This document shows, piece after piece, positions 35,919 to 40,000 of a stretch of 40,000 nucleotides of DNA. The position numbers and the translations under genes were made by a program. Source of the DNA: Reyranella sp. (lineage in GTDB: Bacteria > Pseudomonadota > Alphaproteobacteria > Reyranellales > Reyranellaceae). The notes under the pieces were generated by a model that was not told where the DNA came from, did no database searches, and saw only the letters and a list, made by a program, of their open reading frames with translations. Every line of letters begins with the position of its first letter. Within the stretch, counting starts at the first letter, position 1. Location of the stretch: the NCBI GenBank assembly GCA_035293665.1, contig DATGMK010000028.1, forward strand, positions 36,341 to 76,340. The letters are read 5' to 3'.

Positions 35919-36697
35919 GCCAGCGACAGGAACCACTCTTCGAGATCGGGCGTGTCGGCCATCGCCCGCACACCGCGCAGCCGGCCGTCGAGCAGGATGC
36001 CGACCCGATCGGCCGTCTTCGCGACCTCGCCCAGCACATGGCTGCTCATCAGCACGGTGTGCCGGCCGGCCAGCCCACGGATCAGCGCGCGGATCTCTAT
36101 GATCTGGCGCGGGTCGAGGCCGTTGGCCGGCTCGTCGAGGATCAGCAGCTCGGGATCGTGCACCAGCGCCTGGGCGATCGCCGTGCGCTGGCGGAAGCCG
36201 CGCGATAGCGTGCGCGTGAGGCGGTCGGCGACCGGTTCGAGCGCCAGCGCCGCAATCACGCGCTCGACGGCATCACGCACCGCGCGGTCCCCGACACCGC
36301 GCAGCCGCGCCATGAAGGACAGGAACTCGCGCACCCGCATGTAACCATAGACCGGCGCCGCCTCGGGCACGTAACCGATGCGGCGGCGCGCCTCGAGCGA
36401 CTGCTCCACCGCATCGCAGCCGCACACTTCGAGCTGCCCGTCGGTCGGCAGCAGGTAGCCCGCGAGCAGGCGGATGAAGGTCGTCTTGCCCGAACCGTTG
36501 GGCCCGAGCAGGCCGAACACCTCGCCGCGCTCGATCTCCAGGTCAAGCGAAGCAAGCGCCACGGTGGACCCGTAGCTCTTGCTCAAGCCGCGCGCGATGA
36601 CGGCCGCGGTCAGGATCGCCTCCTGGAGCGAAGTTGGCTTCGTTCGAAGTGTGCGGCGAACCCCTCCCCATTCATATGGGGAATACGGGATGGACAC
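35915..36697 (-). CDS. ABC transporter ATP-binding protein (ABC-2 subfamily, GldA/CcmA-like)
   Basis: Walker A GPNGSGKTT, signature LSRGFRQRTAIAQAL, Walker B LLILDEPANGLD and H-loop SSHVL. The start is ambiguous. GTG 36697 has no SD. A more plausible start is CTG 36613, 5 nt after a perfect AGGAGG, giving MTAAVIARGLSKSYG. Confidence 0.85.
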   Translation of the reverse strand: MSIPYSPYEWGGVRRTLRTKPTSLQEAILTAAVIARGLSKSYGSTVALASLDLEIERGEVFGLLGPNGSGKTTFIRLLAGYLLPTDGQLEVCGCDAVEQSLEARRRIGYVPEAAPVYGYMRVREFLSFMARLRGVGDRAVRDAVERVIAALALEPVADRLTRTLSRGFRQRTAIAQALVHDPELLILDEPANGLDPRQIIEIRALIRGLAGRHTVLMSSHVLGEVAKTADRVGILLDGRLRGVRAMADTPDLEEWFLSLA

Positions 36698-36705
36698 ATC
36701 TGCTC

Positions 36706-36900
36706 ATGGTCCCTCTCCGCCACGAACGTGGGGGCGAGGATGGGGCCCATTGCGAAGCAATGGGAGGGTGAGGTGGTCGGCGTCACAAAAACGGTCGTGG
36801 CGTAACGAAAGAAAAGAATCCCGACACCTCTCCCTCCCCGCGCAAGCGCGGGTCCCCTCCCTCTCCCCACGCGTATGACGCGCGCGGAGAGGGCCTCCGA
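36706..36900. repeat. Cluster of GC-rich hairpins with CCCTCTCC/GGAGAGGG arms (second REP-like family)
   Basis: CCCATTGC-GAA-GCAATGGG (36746-36764); CCCGCGC-AA-GCGCGGG (36837-36852); CCCTCTCC (36859-36866) paired with GGAGAGGG (36886-36893). All lie in the 272-nt spacer upstream of the ABC operon. Confidence 0.5.
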
Positions 36901-36969
36901 TCAGATCTGTCCGTCCCGTAGCATCAGAATGGGCAGGGTTGGCTTTGTTCGACCGCAGGGACTCTCGCT

Positions 36970-37839
36970 TTAGTCGTAGAACTCGGGCGCCTTCTTGGCC
37001 GCCTTGAAGAGCTCGGCATCGTGGCCGATGAAGAGCTTGGCGTTGTCGACGTCGCGGATCTGCCGGATGTGCGCGTAGGTCTTGTAGGCGTCGCTCGGGC
37101 TGTAGGTGCCCGGGATCGGCGGCAACAGGTTCTTCTCCAGGCTCTCGGTCAGGTAGACGCAATCGCTGGTCAGGATCGCCGTGCCGGTGTTCTTGAGCTT
37201 GACGACCATGAACTGGCTGCCCTGGGTGTGGCCGACGCCCTTGAACAGCCGCACCGTGCCGTCGTCGAACAGGTCGAGATCACCGTTGAGGCGGATCGTC
37301 TTCATGTTCTTGGTCTCGGCGAAGTCGCCGGGAATGTAGTAGAGCGAGTAGCCGACGTCGGGCCACCACGCCGCCTTGAACTCGTCGTCCTGCGCGATCA
37401 GCGTCGAGTTCTTGAACTGGCCGACATTGCCGCCGTGATCGAGATGCAGATGGCCGACCGCGACGTACTTAACGTCGTCCGGCTTCAGCCCGATCTTCTG
37501 CAGCTGGACCGGGATGGCATCGTCCTTGGTCATCTTCAGGCCGAAGCCCTTGGCGAGCGGACCCCACCAGCCGTCGGCGTCGGTGATGGTCTTGTCGTTG
37601 TTGCCGGTGTCGAACATCACCACGCCCTTGGGGTGCTTGATGACATAGAAGCTCACCGGCGCCCAATCGACGTTGCCGGTGGCGCCGATCTGCAGGGCCG
37701 CCTTGGGGAAGCCGCCGAGCGAGCCCGAAGTGAAGACGTAGAGCTTGGGGCCTTCCTGGGCCGCCGCGGGCAGTGCGAACCCGAACAGAGCCGCAATGCA
37801 CGCCAAACTACGCAGGGGACGCAGGACACGGAAATCCAT
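36970..37839 (-). CDS. Secreted MBL-fold metallo-hydrolase (N-acyl-homoserine-lactonase-like)
   Basis: ATG at 37839 with a GGAGGAG SD. Signal peptide MDFRVLRPLRSLACIAALFGFALPAAAQ. HLHLDHGG (HxHxDH) zinc motif. Later conserved His in GVGHTQG and the Asp/His pair in FIGHD. Confidence 0.85.
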   Translation of the reverse strand: MDFRVLRPLRSLACIAALFGFALPAAAQEGPKLYVFTSGSLGGFPKAALQIGATGNVDWAPVSFYVIKHPKGVVMFDTGNNDKTITDADGWWGPLAKGFGLKMTKDDAIPVQLQKIGLKPDDVKYVAVGHLHLDHGGNVGQFKNSTLIAQDDEFKAAWWPDVGYSLYYIPGDFAETKNMKTIRLNGDLDLFDDGTVRLFKGVGHTQGSQFMVVKLKNTGTAILTSDCVYLTESLEKNLLPPIPGTYSPSDAYKTYAHIRQIRDVDNAKLFIGHDAELFKAAKKAPEFYD

Positions 37840-37921
37840 GGGTGCTCCTCCTACTGCCGTTATGCGACAAATCGTCCTGCGCGCGACCGGCTTCGTCAAG
37901 CCCGTCGGATTGCACAGCAGG

Positions 37922-37959
37922 CATATTCCGTCCTGCCGATTCCGGCCGGACGGAATATG
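37922..37959. promoter_or_regulatory. 12-bp perfect inverted repeat CATATTCCGTCC-N14-GGACGGAATATG (candidate operator)
   Basis: Read directly from the sequence. It lies in the 222-nt divergent spacer between the MBL hydrolase gene and the SRPBCC gene. Confidence 0.35.
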
Positions 37960-38061
37960 TCCTAGCGCCATCTCCGCCGTCGCTCGAGCGATCATGTCCG
38001 AAAACCGCCAGCCGGGCGCTGCGCGGCCGCCTAGATCATCCGCCGAACGACGGAGCATTCG

Positions 38062-38466
38062 ATGGCCACTCTTCGACGGCAGATCGCCCTCAGCGCCCCC
38101 GCAGCCAAGGTCTGGTCAGCGCTGCGCGACTTCGGCGCGGTGCATACCCGCGTGGCGCCGGGCTTCCTCATCAAGCTCGAGATGGATCCCCAGTCCAACG
38201 GCAGCGACCGCATCGTCACCTTCTTCAACGGCATGGTGGCGCGCGAGCGGCTGGTCACGGCGGACGATCATGAGTGCCGGCTGGTCTATTCGGTCGTCGA
38301 GGGCCGGGCGAGCCACTACAACGCGGCCGTCCAGGTCTTCCCCGAGGGGAACGGCAGCCGGCTGGTCTGGACGATCGATCTCCTGCCCAACGAATTGGCA
38401 CCGGCGATCGGCGGGATGATGGATCATGCCACCGGTTTCATGAAGAAGGCGCTCGAAACCGTCTGA
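38062..38466 (+). CDS. SRPBCC-superfamily protein (polyketide cyclase/dehydrase-like)
   Basis: MATLRRQIALSAPAAKVWSALRDFGAVH...ERLVTADDHECRLVYSVVEG...HYNAAVQVFPEGNGSRLVW is the usual SRPBCC pattern. Confidence 0.8.
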   Translation: MATLRRQIALSAPAAKVWSALRDFGAVHTRVAPGFLIKLEMDPQSNGSDRIVTFFNGMVARERLVTADDHECRLVYSVVEGRASHYNAAVQVFPEGNGSRLVWTIDLLPNELAPAIGGMMDHATGFMKKALETV

Positions 38467-38517
38467 ACCGCTCCTGGCCGCTTGAGCGTCCAGCGGCGGG
38501 GCCTTAAAGACCCCGCC

Positions 38518-39267
38518 ATGAAAATCGAAGCGCGTGACATCGACCACCTGACCCTGAGCGTGGGTTCTCCGGACGATCTGGCCAACAAGCTGCAGCAGCT
38601 CGGCTTCACCCTCACGCCGGAAGGCGTCGAGCCGCGCTGCATCTGCTTCCAGCCGGCCGAGGACGATGTGCCGAACTATCTCGAGCTGCTCGAGGGCGAG
38701 CCGGTCATCGAGCTCGCGGTCAACGTCGCCGAGCTCAAGGGCGAGCAGCGGACGCACAGCTGGGAGACCGAGGACGGTTTCGAGGTCGAGGCCGAGATGA
38801 CGGTGGGCGAATCGGAGGGCCCCCTGCCCTGGCGGCCGGTGCAGCAGGTGACTCCCGACGCCTTCATGGAGCCGGAATGGATCGTCCATCCCAACGGCGC
38901 GCTGGGCATGATGGCGGTGCACGCCGTGTCGGACGATCCGCAGGCCACCGCCAAGGAGCTCGGCTCGGCCTGGGGCGCGATCACCGAGGATCTGTTCGAC
39001 GGCTGCGTCATGGTGCAGACCGGCGCGGTCGAGCTGATGATCTGGTCGCCGGCGGCCTACCAGGCCGAATACAAGGACGTCGAGGCGATCGCGCCGGAGC
39101 AGAAGCCGGCGGTCGTCGGCATCGCCATCGCCGTCGAGCGCGCCCGGCCGCTCCAGGCGCTGCTGCGCGCCAACAACGTGCCGTTCGCCCTGACCGAGGG
39201 CGATCGCGTGATCGTGCCCGCCGAGCAGACCGACGGGCTGATGATCGAGTTCATGCCGCAGAACTGA
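38518..39267 (+). CDS. Two-module VOC/glyoxalase-like domain protein
   Basis: ATG at 38518 (MKIEARDIDHLTLSV...). Repeated beta-alpha-beta-beta-beta-like modules. HLTLSV and GIAIAV...LMIEF resemble glyoxalase-like domain proteins. Family not verified. Confidence 0.65.
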   Translation: MKIEARDIDHLTLSVGSPDDLANKLQQLGFTLTPEGVEPRCICFQPAEDDVPNYLELLEGEPVIELAVNVAELKGEQRTHSWETEDGFEVEAEMTVGESEGPLPWRPVQQVTPDAFMEPEWIVHPNGALGMMAVHAVSDDPQATAKELGSAWGAITEDLFDGCVMVQTGAVELMIWSPAAYQAEYKDVEAIAPEQKPAVVGIAIAVERARPLQALLRANNVPFALTEGDRVIVPAEQTDGLMIEFMPQN

Positions 39268-40000
39268 GGCGGGACCGTGCGGCGATCGCGAGATCCGGCC
39301 GATCGGTGGTGAAGACGTCGACCTGCAGCGCCAGCAGGCGGGCGATCGCCTCGGCGTCGTTGCAGGCCCAGCCGCCGATGCCGAGGCCGGCGGTGCGGAC
39401 GGCGGTGACGATATCGGCGCTCAGCATGTTCTGGCGCAGGCCGAGCGTCGGCACAGTCGCCGCCTTCGCCGTCGCGATGACGTTGGCCAGGCCGATGTCG
39501 ATCTGCACGTTGGGCGTCACCAGCCAGACGTGATGGGCCGGCCGCGCGGCCGCGACCGCCTCGAGCACGGTGGCGAGCTGGAAGCTGGTGAAGGCCGCGC
39601 GGTCGAGCATCTTCGCCTGACGGATCGACTCGGCGACGCGCGCCGCATGACCGCCGGGATACGGTACGCGGTCGGCGCCGCACTTGATCTCGATGCGCAG
39701 CACGATCGGCGTCGGGCGAAAGATCTCGATCACCTCGTCGAGCAGGAGCATGCGCTGGCCGCCGGTGCCCTTGAGCACGAGCTTCGAGAGCTCCGGCCAG
39801 TCGCGTGCCGCGACCGGCCCCTTCCCGTCGGTCGTGCGGTCGAGCGTGTCGTCGTGGATCACCACCAGCTTGCCGTCGCGCGTCGGATGGACGTCGAACT
39901 CGACCTGCTCAACCGGCAGCCGGGCGGTGTTCTCGAAGGCGATGCGGCTGTTCTCCGGCCACAGGAGCGCGCCGCCGCGGTGTGAAGCGATGTCGGTCAT
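39251..40000 (-). CDS. Glycerophosphodiester phosphodiesterase family protein (UgpQ-like)
   Basis: The ATG lies exactly at the window edge (39998-40000). MTDIASHRGG...PENSRIAFENT...VEFDVHPTRDGKLVVIHDDTLDRTT carries the GDPD catalytic motifs (HRG, E.D.H). Its 3' end overlaps the convergent VOC-like gene by 17 nt. Confidence 0.85.
   Translation of the reverse strand: MTDIASHRGGALLWPENSRIAFENTARLPVEQVEFDVHPTRDGKLVVIHDDTLDRTTDGKGPVAARDWPELSKLVLKGTGGQRMLLLDEVIEIFRPTPIVLRIEIKCGADRVPYPGGHAARVAESIRQAKMLDRAAFTSFQLATVLEAVAAARPAHHVWLVTPNVQIDIGLANVIATAKAATVPTLGLRQNMLSADIVTAVRTAGLGIGGWACNDAEAIARLLALQVDVFTTDRPDLAIAARSRLSSAA

Noticed and set aside
36698-36969. A cobalamin (B12) riboswitch, expected upstream of an operon containing cobF and a HupE-like permease.
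   Set aside because: I could not find the B12-box or the conserved GGTGAAA.TCC / GCCACTG-type core on the minus strand. The region is instead occupied by GC-rich REP-like hairpins. A covariance-model scan is still needed for certainty.

Overview
About 40 kb of high-GC, gene-dense chromosomal DNA that looks alphaproteobacterial, perhaps Hyphomicrobiales/Bradyrhizobiaceae-like. That placement is inferred from protein families, Liv-type transporters and repeat style, not from a search.

From the ORF track plus start-codon and RBS inspection I support:
- 38 protein-coding genes, one of them cut by the 5' window edge
- one tRNA-Ser(GCU)
- one frameshifted, doubly truncated IS5-family transposase remnant
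- three copies of a nested-palindrome REP/MITE-like element
- a second GC-rich hairpin cluster
- three strong intergenic hairpins (terminator-like)
- two perfect palindromes in divergent promoter regions

I see no rRNA, CRISPR array, intact IS, integrase, phage module or recognisable defence gene set.

Gene content is mostly accessory metabolism and stress functions:
- esterase, MscS channel, Fe-ADH, TauD dioxygenase, VOC proteins, ArgE, Dps
- two Nu-class GSTs
- a dCache-HAMP adenylate cyclase and a WYL regulator
- an LLM oxidoreductase, a deacetylase and a Liv-type ABC importer
- Hsp20-Lon, a serine hydrolase, CobF, an MBL hydrolase and a GDPD

Most very long ORFs in the track are antisense shadow ORFs of real genes, for example 25800-28808 (1002 aa).

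Candidates for something undescribed, in my order:
1. A translationally coupled six-gene minus-strand operon (36697 to 31466). It joins an orphan ABC-2/GldG-type transporter carrying a His-rich loop, a DUF4340-like protein, an unusually long HupE/UreJ-type metal permease and cobF.
2. An hsp20-lon pair overlapping by ATGA, with no Shine-Dalgarno and a sigma32-like -10 just upstream.
3. A WYL regulator plus a 68-aa gene, bracketed by two copies of the REP-like element and sitting directly downstream of a sensor adenylate cyclase.

All family assignments are motif recognition by eye. None has been verified by a database search.
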